In this document: positions 40,681 to 53,800 of the stretch, piece after piece | How the letters are laid out: every line of letters begins with the position of its first letter | Numbering within the stretch: position 1 is the first letter of the stretch | The notes under the pieces: generated by a model | Database searches by the model: none | Seen by the model: only the letters and a program-made list of their open reading frames with translations | What the model was told of the DNA's origin: nothing | Program-made: the position numbers and the translations under genes | Assembly: GCF_000497125.1 (NCBI RefSeq) | Contig: NC_090598.1 | Span: 248,001-312,000 of the forward strand | Reading direction: 5' to 3' | DNA length: 64,000 bases | From: Spironucleus salmonicida | Taxonomy: Eukaryota

Positions 40681-41535
40681 TCACTAGGCCATTCTCCTTT
40701 AGTCACCATGTTCTATTAAACTAACTTCCAAATTATCATCATCGTCTAATATGATACCGCTGTTCTCGCTTTTAGATCTTGATTTTAGAGAATCCATCTT
40801 CACGCCTGTGATATCTTGAACTTGATTAATTATTTCATTCTATACAATAAGTTCCATTTCAAGATCTTTAATTCTATAGTAATTTCGTATAACTTCTGTG
40901 AGTTCAGTTTAATCAGCTTGACAGAAATCGTCTAATTCATTTAGATATTTGTTTTGAATTTATAGCTTTTGTGTCATTTCTACTAAACTTGTTGGAAAGA
41001 CTGAGTGCTCGCTTTTATATAGCTCCTAAATAATTTTTAGTTGCTATACTGCAATCTTCTGCTTTGCTTTGTCATAAAGCAGTTTCCTGGCACCATCAGT
41101 TAGAAGATTTTCATTCTCCAATAGTTACTTTGCATCAATTGTAGCAGGACGTTTTTCTAGTTCATCTAACGCTTCTTGCTTACTTTTGTAAAGGTGTTCA
41201 AATTCTCTTTATTTTTAAAGTAACTCCATTTCCTGCGTTTTTTAAAGTTCTTTAAGCGAAATTTTTTGCATCATTTACTGTTCTTCAAGTCGTTTATTGA
41301 GGTCGTCAATAAGATCTTCCTTACCATTTTGTTATTTTGATGCATTTTAAAGCTCAATTCTCGTTTATGTGAGTTCTTTATTTACACGATCCAATTCTAA
41401 AAATGCTCTATCCATGTACATTTTATACTTAGCAGATTCATCTTAATTGGATTAAGCCTTTCGTTCCTTGTACTCTTCTTCTTCTTCAAAAAGCCTAGGT
41501 TATTTTACGATTTTATCATAAATAGTTTTGGGCAT
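40681..41535 (-). CDS. Coiled-coil protein, 284 aa
   Basis: MPKTIYDKIVKQPRLFEEEEEY..., E/K/Q/L-rich heptads; ends TAG TGA. Confidence 0.8.
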
Positions 41536-41632
41536 TTTAGTAAATATATTATATATTAAAAAGATATTATAATATATATAAGTTTAAAATTATTTAATAT
41601 TTTATTTTTTTAATAATGAAGTTAAGTGTAAT

Positions 41633-42442
41633 TCATTGTTCATTATAATCATAAATTTTAATATAATTAAGATTACAATAATTTTATTCTCCACATTTCC
41701 AATCAATCTCTTTATTGTCGAATTTACACATAAATCCTTTAAAGTCCTTATCAATTTTGTTTGCTAAGTCTTTGATGTTCTTTTTATTAAAGGCAACAAA
41801 TTTATTATTAGATAAACTTATTTAACTTGGTGGAAGCAACCGTAGCATTAATGCTGCTCTGGCCATAAAATTTTATCCACAGTCAGCAATTTTTGCACCT
41901 TTTTGTATTAATCCTCGCATAACGCTAACAAATTCTCCTTCTGAAAAGAATTAAATATTTTAACGTCTTGTGATATAGATTTATTTTGTTTATTAATTTA
42001 TTTTTAATTTTCTAATATTTTACCTATGTTTGAATAATGGAATTTATTTAGCAGAGTTTTCTAACACAGATTGTTATATAAAAGTTTGAAGAGGCATTGA
42101 TTACATCGTAAGTGGACTCGCTTATTCAGTTGAGTCATCTCCAGAATAGTCTCCAATATCTTCACAATCTTAGGTTGAAAATAACATGTGTGAAACTTTA
42201 TAGTTTTACACTAGAGTAGGTGAAGGAAATCTAATATATGACCGAGTTCCTACATTCTATTTATCTATCTGTCTCTATAATGAGATAAACACGTCCTTTG
42301 TTTAATCAAATATTTTCTCAAGGTTAGTGCTTTAAACTAGATTATCTAATCCTAATATCTTCTATATATTACAAGTAAATTATTTGTACATTATTAACTC
42401 ATCCTCAAGGATAGAAACTTATAAATACTGCAATTATTCCAT
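41633..42442 (-). CDS. Hypothetical protein, 269 aa
   Basis: MEQLQYLQVSILEDEL...YDYNEQ*; TGA-free frame. Confidence 0.65.
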
Positions 42443-42518
42443 TTACTTGAGAATTATTATCGCTTAATTAATATAATTATATATAAAATTGTTTCTTCAC
42501 AATCAGAAGAATTTAGTA

Positions 42519-44075
42519 TCACTCATTCGCTAAAATCTCATCAGCATTTTTTTTCTTTTAGGTTGATCCTTTGCTCTTAGACTTCTTCTTATTACCACCT
42601 TCTTCTTTACAAAAGAATTTAAACTTGATGAAGTACATTATTAAGAAAATAAGACTAGTTCCAATGGAGTTGCATTCTGTGAATAATAGAACCAGTAGAT
42701 AGTCTGCTTTATCGCCATTATTTTTCTTTAAATTATAGCTAGAAAGTATAGCCTGAATAATTTTACCAATTGCAATCAATACACTAACTATAAAATGATT
42801 TTGAATAACTGAAAGAGATAAAGCTAATTCTGTTAAAATTTAACCTGCACCAACAATAGCACTATATAAAATAGCTTCTTGCATTCTACCATTAATTTTA
42901 TAGGCCTAAAATTCTTTATTTGTTCCTATGAAAACATCAATAATCGGTAAGAAAACAAATAAAAGAGCAATTATTCCATTAAATACTAAAGCAATAATAA
43001 ATCCTTTTAATATCATTTCTCTGATACGAGCCCATCGATTTAATTTCATACATACAATAGAAGCTTAAACAAACGCTTAATTAATAGAATAAGGAATAAC
43101 TCTGAATACAGATCCAAAGTAATAAAAAATAAAAATATCTGTAATGCCATTGAATATGTCGGTTTCACTAATAAAAGTAGTTTAAATCGATTGCACACAT
43201 AAAAGAACAGCTAAAGGCAAAGCCATATTTAAGATTGACATTACGAGTCCATAAATAGTATATTAACCAACAGATTTAAGAGATTCTTTGGAAAAGAATT
43301 TTTTGGGGGAATAAAGTTCTTTTAAAGAGTTCTTAAATACCTCTTTAGTAGTAACACCTAATGCAGTATATCCTGCAGATAATAGAATATTCCATGTAGT
43401 ACATATTAATTAAGTCAAACAATAAGCAAGGGTAGTAGGCCAATTAGATTCCAATTTAGATTCTTCTCCAAATTTACCGAAAAAGAAATTATAACAAAAT
43501 GATTCAATAGCTGCAAAAATAATGGTAGTAATTAAACCTCTAGCAAAGACCAATAATCTACGAGATTCCATATTATAACGGCCGGACTATGAAAAATTCC
43601 AAGTGTTTACAAAAAATCCAAAAACTAATTAAACAATATAATTCGTTTGAAATTATGCTCCAATCTTGAAAGTATTTATTTAAAATGTAGACCATGAAGC
43701 AAAGCCAACAGTGAATATAATAGCTAAAATTAAAGCTGAACGAGTATAGTATTCATATTGTTCTGCAGCAAGCTCAGTCTTATGTTATGACAGTAGCCAT
43801 CCGGTTTTAATCTAGAAATAAGTAGTGATAGCCATAGGCATAACCATAGTAAAAATATTAAGCATAGGAATAGTAGATGCATATGCTATAATAAAACTCA
43901 TTCCGAAAAGGCTAATTTAAAAATATGCAGAAATATAATCAATGAAAACTTAACATATACCAGAAATAATAAAAGGTACTCCATACGAAAATAACATTTT
44001 AAGCACATTATGTGTAGTAAGAAAAACTCCATGTGTAGACAATTCGGACTTAACAACATCTGGGTTATCTGTCAT
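42519..44075 (-). CDS. MATE (MatE) family transporter, 518 aa
   Basis: LKMLFSYGVPFIISG...; many TMs in two halves; Lys-rich tail; ends GAG TGA. Confidence 0.75.
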
Positions 44076-44239
44076 TTGTAAAATCAATACTTTTGAGAAT
44101 AATATTATTATATTTTAATTATGTATAATTTTTACACAACGAAAAAACTGTTTCTATATTTATTTTTTGAATCAAATTTAATGTAATTTTATATTATGTA
44201 ATATAATATAAGAATAAATATATAAATATTGAATTTGAA

Positions 44240-45442
44240 ATGGAAATATAGTATAAAAAGTTAATATATGATTTGATGAATAATGATAACCCATAGTATA
44301 TTAACCAATCTCTTAAAGAAATGCATTTATTTATCACTGAATATTATCTTTAGCCTTTCTTAAATACACCTAATTTTCTAAAGAGATTTTTATTATTTCC
44401 AACATTTTAATCTCCAGAAATAGTTTCAGAATCTCTATTCCTATTAGTAAAAATAACTGAATTACGTTCAGAAACCACAATTTCTTATCTCGTAGCTTCT
44501 GGTTTATTAAATCTACTTCAATATTTTTATTCTACTAGTTATTATTCAACTACAGAGTCCTTCGGAAATTATACTGATATTTAGCGCCTGAAATACATTT
44601 TCACATCAAATCTTCTTCTATTTACTTCATCATCTTAACTTATTATTAGAAATTTAGATAAAGCAATTGAGTCAGATATTAAAATAATTAATAAGACATC
44701 AAAAATTTTCAAGTACGCAGCATTTTTAATGGCTGGAATTGTTCAATTCGGATAAATTTCTATTGAAACACTTATTTATTTATACTATCCAGAAATGGAT
44801 AATGATGTAGCTTTTGCAGTACTTAACGCAATTTATGACTATTAATGTCATTATTTGATTAAAAATCTTCCTATCACTAAATTTGGGAAACATTTATAGC
44901 TATTTTCCATTAAAAGATAGTCCCCAGATGCTCGTAAAGTTATTAATGCAATCCTAAAAATACTTATAAACATATAACTAGATCTTAATACAGTATAACA
45001 ACTAGCACAGATTACAGAGCAGATTATTGAATTAATTAAAAATGAAGATCCAGTTATTTAAATTGCTGGTTGGCAACTCACATTAACTTTGTCTTGTTTC
45101 TAAGAAGGTGCAGAATCTCTAGCAATGACCTGGTTACTTAGATATATTTTGCGTGGAATTAGTGTCATAAACCGCCAAGAGCCTATTTAAATACTTTAAA
45201 ATTTATATTTTCATAATGTTATTGTTCTCACGACTCCAGAAATGGTTGTTTAAATTTGCGATTATTTTAGGTCTCTTTAACGTAGCAACGATAAGGAGAA
45301 ATAGATTGAAATAGTGGAAATACTTAAATTTATGGGATCAGATTACGCGGTTCATTAACACCTTTTAAATTGTGATATTGTGACAGATTTACGGGTATCA
45401 GGATTTGAGTATGATGCGACTTATATAGAAAATTAAAAATGA
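44240..45442 (+). CDS. ARM-repeat-like protein, 400 aa
   Basis: Helical repeats, e.g. EDPVIQIAGWQLTLTLSCFQEGAESLAMTWLLRYIL. Confidence 0.65.
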
Positions 45443-45443
45443 G

Positions 45444-45923
45444 TCATATCTGCATTGCATTCCATATTTTCAGTACCTCTGCCTTTTCTTCCTCTCTTTA
45501 TTCGCAAATCGATGCGAATGAATACCATTCTTGTTTGTCTCCATCAGATAGCTTACTCCATTCTCTAAGTAATATTTCACCTTACCTAGCATCCATTTTG
45601 ATGTCAGAACCTAGTTCGATCACGCGGATTGCATAGCAGACCATAAAGAAAATTCGAGTGAATTCGTGTCTTTATCTGTTGAATTCTTCATCAACTTTTT
45701 GCTCTGGATGACGTGCATACCATGCTGAAAGCTAGCGTTCGTAAATCTACGAATCTTCATTAGCTTTACGTTTCCAAATAGTTCTCTCTTTTTCTGACAT
45801 TACTTTCCATTCAGCACCTAATTTTTATTATCTTGCTTTAAATTCCATATTCATAAGTGTTTTCTTTCTATCTTCAGCCCATTAGAAGTATGCTGAAAAG
45901 GGCTTCTTGGGCTTTTAATCCAT
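45444..45923 (-). CDS. HMG-box protein (two boxes), 159 aa
   Basis: KPKKPFSAYFQWA...KLGAEWKVMSEKERTIWKRKANEDSQIYE; second degenerate box REWSKLSDGDKQEWY. Confidence 0.9.
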
Positions 45924-46035
45924 TTAAATTAGGAAAGAAATTATATAAGCGTAATAATACAATATAATAGTATTTATTAATGTTTAACTATAAAATATTT
46001 TATAAATATAATATAGTATATTTTATATCTAAAAA

Positions 46036-46476
46036 ATGTTTCACGGAAAGTATTTCATTATCAGATTTAATTGCAATTTTTATAAGGTTTATAATATAAT
46101 TAGTGAATAAAATATGTTTTAAAAAGAGCTTTTTGATAATAATAATTGCAAATCCAATGTTTTCTAGCATAATAATAATTATTTTTATTTTACTAGAAAT
46201 ATGGTTATTAATATATTCACGGATAAAATATTATATTTAGATACTCATTTTGATTTCTTAGAGGTAATAGATTAAAACATAATCGGAACAATTGGAGAAT
46301 CATAATATATACTTAATTAATTATTCAATATTATTTAGTTCTATGATTAAAAAGTATAAAATTCACAAATTTCTTTGTCCTTTAATAATAATGACTTGAA
46401 TACTACTTAATAGTTATTATTTTCAACCTTAACTGATGCAATAAAAACAAAAAAGTACTTATCTATATTTGACTGA
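46036..46476 (+). CDS. Possible hypothetical protein, 146 aa
   Basis: ATG-to-TGA frame in very AT-rich DNA; no motif. Confidence 0.35.
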
Positions 46477-46734
46477 ATTTTGTGATTATATTATTAGTTT
46501 ACCCATATATTACTTGTTGTGGAATAAGTTATAACTAGCAACTACTTTATAATTATTCTATATTTAATGGTAATAGAATGAATAAATATAGAGTGAAGAA
46601 ACATTCTTATAATCAAAATATATTATTAATAATTATTAATTCTAGAGAGATATTTAAAGTAAATTTGATTGTAAAAATAAAACTTAAACAAACTATATAA
46701 TAAATTATAATACATGAAAATAAACTTATAACAA

Positions 46735-47202
46735 TCATTTATTTTCGTATTTTAACCATGGTTATAGTACATTTTATCCTTTTAGACTTTCTCCGGATAC
46801 AATCATTTTTAATCTTCTTTCTGGTAATTTATTCTGAATCTAATTTCTAACACATTTTCCATCTCGGCCAATTTAATTAATAAATCCTCTTTACGGAGTT
46901 GTCATTCCTCTCTTTATTTCACTTCTAAAGTTTCGTTCACATCGTTAGATTGCATAATTATCTACGTTAAAATCAACATTACGATCATAATATTCTTTAT
47001 AAATTTACACATCTGTTTATGTCTACTTTAATGTTGCAATAGTTTATGTTGTTACAATTTCTAAATTTTCAGGTGTTTCCAATAATTTTTACTGACATCT
47101 TCGGTAACAGGTTTTCTGCATTTCTTTGGCAATTTAGCTTATTGATTAGCGTTATTCTAAAGTTAAATCTAAAATACTAAGTTACTTTGAGGATTTTTGC
47201 AT
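46735..47202 (-). CDS. Hypothetical protein, 155 aa
   Basis: MQKSSKQLSILDLTLEQRQ...PWLKYENK*. Confidence 0.55.
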
Positions 47203-47256
47203 TATGTAACAATTTATATATAATTATATAATAATTATATAATATTTCAGTCTAAA

Positions 47257-47793
47257 ATGTTAGAAATTTCTGACCCTTTTTCAACAAATAGTTCAACTTT
47301 AATCTTTTAAAAAGATGTGCTTTGTTAAATAAGACGTTCTGATGATCCGGATACTACAATATTAGAGGAATATCTTAATATTCGACTTATTTCAGATTTT
47401 AATTCACAAATTATTATTGCATCCTCCGATAAAGATTTATTTTTTTCATATTATATGAACATAGATTAAGAGTAATTTATTGAGATAAAAACAAAGTAGA
47501 ATATTATGATCACATTTTAGGATTTTTCGTCCTTTATTGCGAAATTAGTAAACTAATCTATTAAAGATGGTAGTATCAAAGTAGTATTTATTATAGACGA
47601 ATAAGGATAATGTAGAATTAAATTTATAGAAAATTTTAAAGGTTATAAATTTGTGGATATACTTGATATTGAAATTCAGATAATGCCAGAATAATTATTA
47701 AGATAAGATATCACTTATAAATATTTATCTTTGAAATAGAGTAATATCTAGTTGAGTAAATAGGTTCATGATCTGTAGAGAGTAAGCTAATGA
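47257..47793 (+). CDS. SAS6L: SAS-6 head-domain protein, SAS6-like type with very short coiled coil, 178 aa
   Basis: DLFFSYYMNIDQEQFIEIKTKQNIMITFQDFSSFIAKLVN...KFIENFKGYKFVDILDI...RQDITYKYLSLK. Confidence 0.8.
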
Positions 47794-47859
47794 TTTTTCA
47801 TATGTTATATAATTTGTAGAATATAATAATGAATATTCTTTGTCTTTCCAATACTATCA

Positions 47860-50800
47860 ATGTTGGAATCTTTTGTAGTTAATTTACTATAGGATTACGC
47901 TGAGAAATACTTAGAACAATTTGATAAAAAGATGCTTTAGATATCCTTAGTAAAAGGAGATGTACAAATTAATCATTTATAGCTTAAAGCAGATGCTCTA
48001 CAAGAAATACACCCGGCTTTATGTATATAACATGGTTTTATTAGTTAACTACAAATAAAGTTTTCTATTCTCAAATTAAAGTCTGAACCAGTTTCAATTC
48101 GAATTTAAGATTTTGTAGTGCTGTTGAAATCAAGTAAGGATAAAATTATTACTAAAGAATTTATTTCGTAATAAATATAAGATGGTTTAGAAGAAAAAAT
48201 AAAAAGTTCTTTTAAGTATATGCTTTTTAAAGAAGAAGTATTAAAGGAGCCAACTAAATAAAAAAATGGATACATTAAAACTTTAATAAAAACTATTTTA
48301 ACTAATTTGAAAATTGAAATAAATAATATTCATATACGATATGAAGATAATGATTTAAAACATTGCGTAGGTTTAACAGTACAGAGTATATGTTTAAAAA
48401 CTATCAAATATGTAGAAATTAACAAATAATTGATAGAAAAAGAGTAATTTGTCAATGAGAACGCGTAATCTTTTATCAAAAAAATAGATATTACTAATTT
48501 TTCTGTTTATTTAAATTTAGGTTATATACCAGTTAATTTATTTCATGATTCGACAAATATTAAGTAATTTTTAGTTAATACCGTTTAATTTTAAGATAAT
48601 TATAATTATTTGATAAGACCAACAACATTTAAGATGTATCTAGAAACAGGTGTGTAATCTGATATTTAAAAATTTAATATTTAAGCTAGCATAGATAACT
48701 TAAATTTTTAATTTACAACTAATTAATTAGACGCAATTATTTAGCAAGTACAGTAATTATACTCGAAGAATTAACTAGGTAATATAATTTATTACCCAGA
48801 AGATAAATTACTAATAAATAAGCATTAGTGGTGGTCCTATATTATGGCATCATATGACAGCGTCGACACTTTATGGTAATAAAAGGCATCTTTTTCTGCA
48901 TTCATACATTTATATTCAAAACATTATATTTAATATTAATAGATGTCATAGAAATAAAAAGATTCTACTATAAATGTTTTTTAATTGACGAAAGTAGAAG
49001 AAGAATATATTTATTTATTTTATCAAACTTTTTCATAAAAAGAGATAAATTTTTGTATAGAAACGACATTAAAACAGTTGAAACAAAGAAGTGGAAAATT
49101 TTTTAAATCATACTAATAGCTTATATTAGATGATACAATAATAGAAGAATTATTATTATAATTCATAGCGGATAATTAAACTAGAGATTATAATTTGGAT
49201 AGTAGTTAATTTAATATTACTTTCAAAATAAACTAAATTAATGTAAGTCTTTGTTAACATTAAAAGCAAATTAGTATTAAGACTTAATATGGTTGTTAGG
49301 CAATCGGATAATAGCATTTATAAGAAAATATATTATCAGTGGAGATTATTTAAACAAATTTCAAATTTATTTTTAACAATACAGGATTTTAGGTGGATCT
49401 TTAAATTAATAATTTTATTTTAATTGATAATTTTAGCCTCAAAGAACCATATATAATAATTTAACAATTTATTGGTTTACCTTTTTAAGACAAAAAATAA
49501 GTTATAGCGTTAGATATATAATTATTAACTCTGTAATTTATCAAAAGTAATGTTGATTAATAATATAACTTAAAATTATAGGCGTAGCCGTTATTTATTT
49601 AGTATTAATAATGTATTTTAAATCTTGTTAGTAGGCTGATTTTACTTTTCAAGACTCTAAATAAGTATAAAAATCTAGAATCGTTATAGTAAATCTCTAA
49701 CTTAGTTGAAAAATCATTTAACTAGATCTAGTAACATTCATAAAACGCTATCAAGATTGCAATTGATAATCATTTAAAGTTAAAACTTCAGTTAAAATTG
49801 TAAGCCCCTATATTATCACTTTGTATTGATGAGAGAAATTTATTAATTAATTTAGGCATGGTATCTATTAATACTTCTATGCCAAATTTAGATAAGTTAT
49901 ATGATAATTATTAAGTTAAGCTGGATAATGTATATGTGTTTTCATCTGAATCAAAAGTATTGACTAATTAAATTTTCAGTTATTTGAAAAATAAAGAGAC
50001 AGAATTAGATCACAAATTAGACAATATGTATGAATAATCTATAATCTTATTCCCATTTAAATTAATTGTAGATTTAAATATATGTATATTAAGAAATATA
50101 GAAGATAAGCCTTAAATTATAGTAAAATCATAAATTGAGAATATAAATGTTAATATAAATGAAAATAATATTATATGCACATTGTAATTATTATAGCATT
50201 TATTAAAATATTAGTCATCATAGAGAATCTCTATTTTAAGCACACAGACTAACATTTCTAGTTTAAATATTACTGATAGTGATAAAAGTGTAGTTTAATT
50301 ATCATAATAATAAGAAATTGATATAGTTGTCACTAAATTAGTATTTTCGTTCGATATTAAATCATTTGTCATCGTTTTTAGTTAATAGTATAAATCTTTT
50401 GAGCTAAAAGTTGAAGGTTTCTAAGTATAGATAAATTAATTTTCATATAATACTTAAGCTTTCTGCATACTTAATTGTCTTACATTTATTGATTTGTCTA
50501 GTAATAAATAAATATTTTGTATAGGAGCTTAAGATAGTGCACTTGATATAAAAGTTTAAACATATGATCACTTGCATCTATCATTTTAAGGAAATGCTCT
50601 AGAGACTTAAATTTGTATCGGCTCTGTAAATATATATTATGAACTCTAAAGATGTTAATAAATTTTAGATTGCTTGAGTTCTTTTGTTTAATTATTTTAG
50701 CTTAATGTGGAATCTCTAGACCCTAAACTGAAAGTGTAAAATTTTAGTAATTAATCTATAAAAACTAAAATGGATAACATATAATCTAATTATTCATTAA

Positions 50801-53800
50801 AATTAGTAATAAAATTTAATTCTATATCAGTATTTATTGAACAATAGGCTTCGTTGTTAACAGTAGTTATGATAAGATAAATAATTATTAAATATTAATA
50901 AAATGATGAAAAGGTTGAAATTAATTTAGCTTTATAAGAATTTTTAATTAAATCTCTTCTTAATGACGAAAAATATATAGTTTCTTTTAATTCATAAGAT
51001 GATAAAAACCTTAATGTATCATTTATTTTATTTAATAACCCATCAAATATTTAGCCAGATATACTAGTGAATTGTAATATTTTATCTAGAATAGAAATTA
51101 TAATTGATTTAAGATTTTTACTTCTGTTAAAATACGAATTTGATAATATTCTTAAAATACTAAGCGACTAGTTTTCAAGTTCAAATATTAGGCAAAGTTA
51201 ATCAGTATAATAAATAAATATATAATAGGTGTTTTAAATCGATGCAAATATTATTGCTCCAATAATAATTATTCCTATTTCTCAAGGAAACGAAAAATCT
51301 TTATTTGTAGATTTTGGTCGTATAAAAATTTCTAGTTCGTTCACTAAAGCTAAAGATCTCGAAATGTGTTAGTAATTCTTTTTATCATTTGCAAATTTAA
51401 TGATATTATCACATTTGCATGAAAATATATTAACCCCTGTATCATTAGAGTGTTACATATAACTATGTACTAATTAGTAGAACTAAAATATTATGATAGA
51501 ATTAGTAATAAATTAAGTTACATTTACTGTAACCAAAGATATTATTTATTTCATATAGGATTTATTCCTAATATAAAACAATTTTGGTTACAATATTTTA
51601 TAAGATATTTTTAAACAATAATCCGACATTGATTTAATAGATAAAAAAATAAAGAATAAATAATTATAAATTGATAGTTTTTAATACTCTGATGCGATTA
51701 TTAAAGAGAAAATGTTAACAGCTATAAATAAAAATACAGTTCTTAATTTAACAGAATAAATATAAAAAATAAAAGACAGAAAGATAGAAATTAATATTGA
51801 AAAAATTAAATTAAAATTAAAATTAAAATAAGATACTTTAAACTAAAATAAAGTTAAAAAATAAATTAGATAATGGAATATTATTTTTAGTACTTAATTT
51901 AAAGGGTTTTAATTAATGATAGATGATAAAGTAAGTATAAATTTCAAAGGATTTAATCTTAATTATTAGAACTAATAAAATATTTCAAATATTGTATTAT
52001 TAATTGGATCATTTAATATTTTGTTAGACTAAACACCAATTCTCTAATCAGAATAATAAGTATAGTTTAAGTGTGAGAAAATTCTTAATAAGTTTAACAT
52101 AGAATCTAATTCTTAGTCTAAAATTTAAATTAATTTGCTTTTAGTGTAATTTATAAACTATTTTTATTCATATAAGAGTCCAGAAACTAATGATTTGACA
52201 TTATATCAATTAATATAGGAACGATCTCTTTTTATGGACTCTTTTAAGATAGCAAATAATTTATTTGATGAAAAATGTTAAATATTTTCACTACTATAGA
52301 ATCATTAGTATGTTCATACTTATACTTTAAAAAGAATTTAACCCTATTAAAAATCCAGGTGTGATGAAGTTAATCTAAATCTAACGTTTCCATAAGTAGA
52401 GATATAAATACCGACCATTGAAAATAATTAATATTTGTTAATTTATTTTTAACCTATGATTTCTATAAATATGGTACACAATCTAAAATTAAATATAGAC
52501 AAAAAAGGAATTTATGTATCTTTTAAAATGGATAAACTATTAGAAACTAAATGTTAGATCGATGGTTTTAATTTATAATTAGTAAATAAGGAAATAAAAT
52601 AATCTATTATTGATAATTTATCATTGGATATCTGTTATTTAATGACACAAAACTAAATATTAGTATAAAATCCTTTACAATTTATTAGAGAAGAATAAAC
52701 AACTTAGATTGAATGTAAATTTTTAAGCTAAATTCAAGTTACTATTACTACTTAATAATGCAAAACAATACAATAAACATTAAATTCGTTACTGAAATAG
52801 ATATAGAACTCTTAATAGAATGTATAACCTGTTCAAGTGAAAGCAACACAAAATAATTATGTTGATAATTTAGATATTATAAAGGAAGATGCGCTGAATA
52901 AAACTCTTCTACCTGAAACTTGTTATTTAAGTAATGATGTTTCATTTAACAATAAATCACTAAATATATATAATACATTGCATTAAACTGATATATAAGT
53001 TGCTATCACATTCGCCTCTAGTATAAAATTCTTTGATGACTTCAACGATTTCTAACCATTGGTGAAAATAGATATTTTAAATATATACTTAAGTATGGCT
53101 TAAATTTAGCAATATTCTGATAAAAATGATATAGTTATATCTGGAAATTTGGAATTAAAAGTGTCACATTACAATTAACCATTTTAAAATTGGGAAACCT
53201 TAATACCAGGTTTGAAATTATAGGTAAATATTGAAAAATTATTCTCCACAGTAAACAATTAGTTTATTACAAAATGCAATGTATTGATCCCATAGGTGCA
53301 ATTTAATTTATCTAATTTAATTTTTTTGTCTATAAACAATATAATATAAGTTTCACAATTAATCGTTTAGAATGAACCTGAGAAGAAAGTGGAATTTTTA
53401 TCTAATTATAAAATCCACTAGTAAAAGATAATTCATAAAAAACTTTCAATAAAAATTGAAAACAACCTTGATATTGATATAGGTCTATAAAATTATAATA
53501 TTTAGCCTTTAAATTATGTTGAAATTTCTTATTAGGATAATATTAGTTTTGTTATTGGAGATTAAACTATAGATATACCAGTAAAGATGTAATATCAATA
53601 AAGGACAAGTGTAAATAATTAAGATATATTTATTTATGTAGAATATATAGATAAATTATACTAAGTTTGCTTCAGACCATTATATAAGATTGTTAATATG
53701 ACGAAAATAAAACTTTATATTTAAAATACCCAATTTAAAACATTCTATACGGGATAGTGTTTAATGTAGTTATCATTAATAGATAAATCTAGTAAATGCA

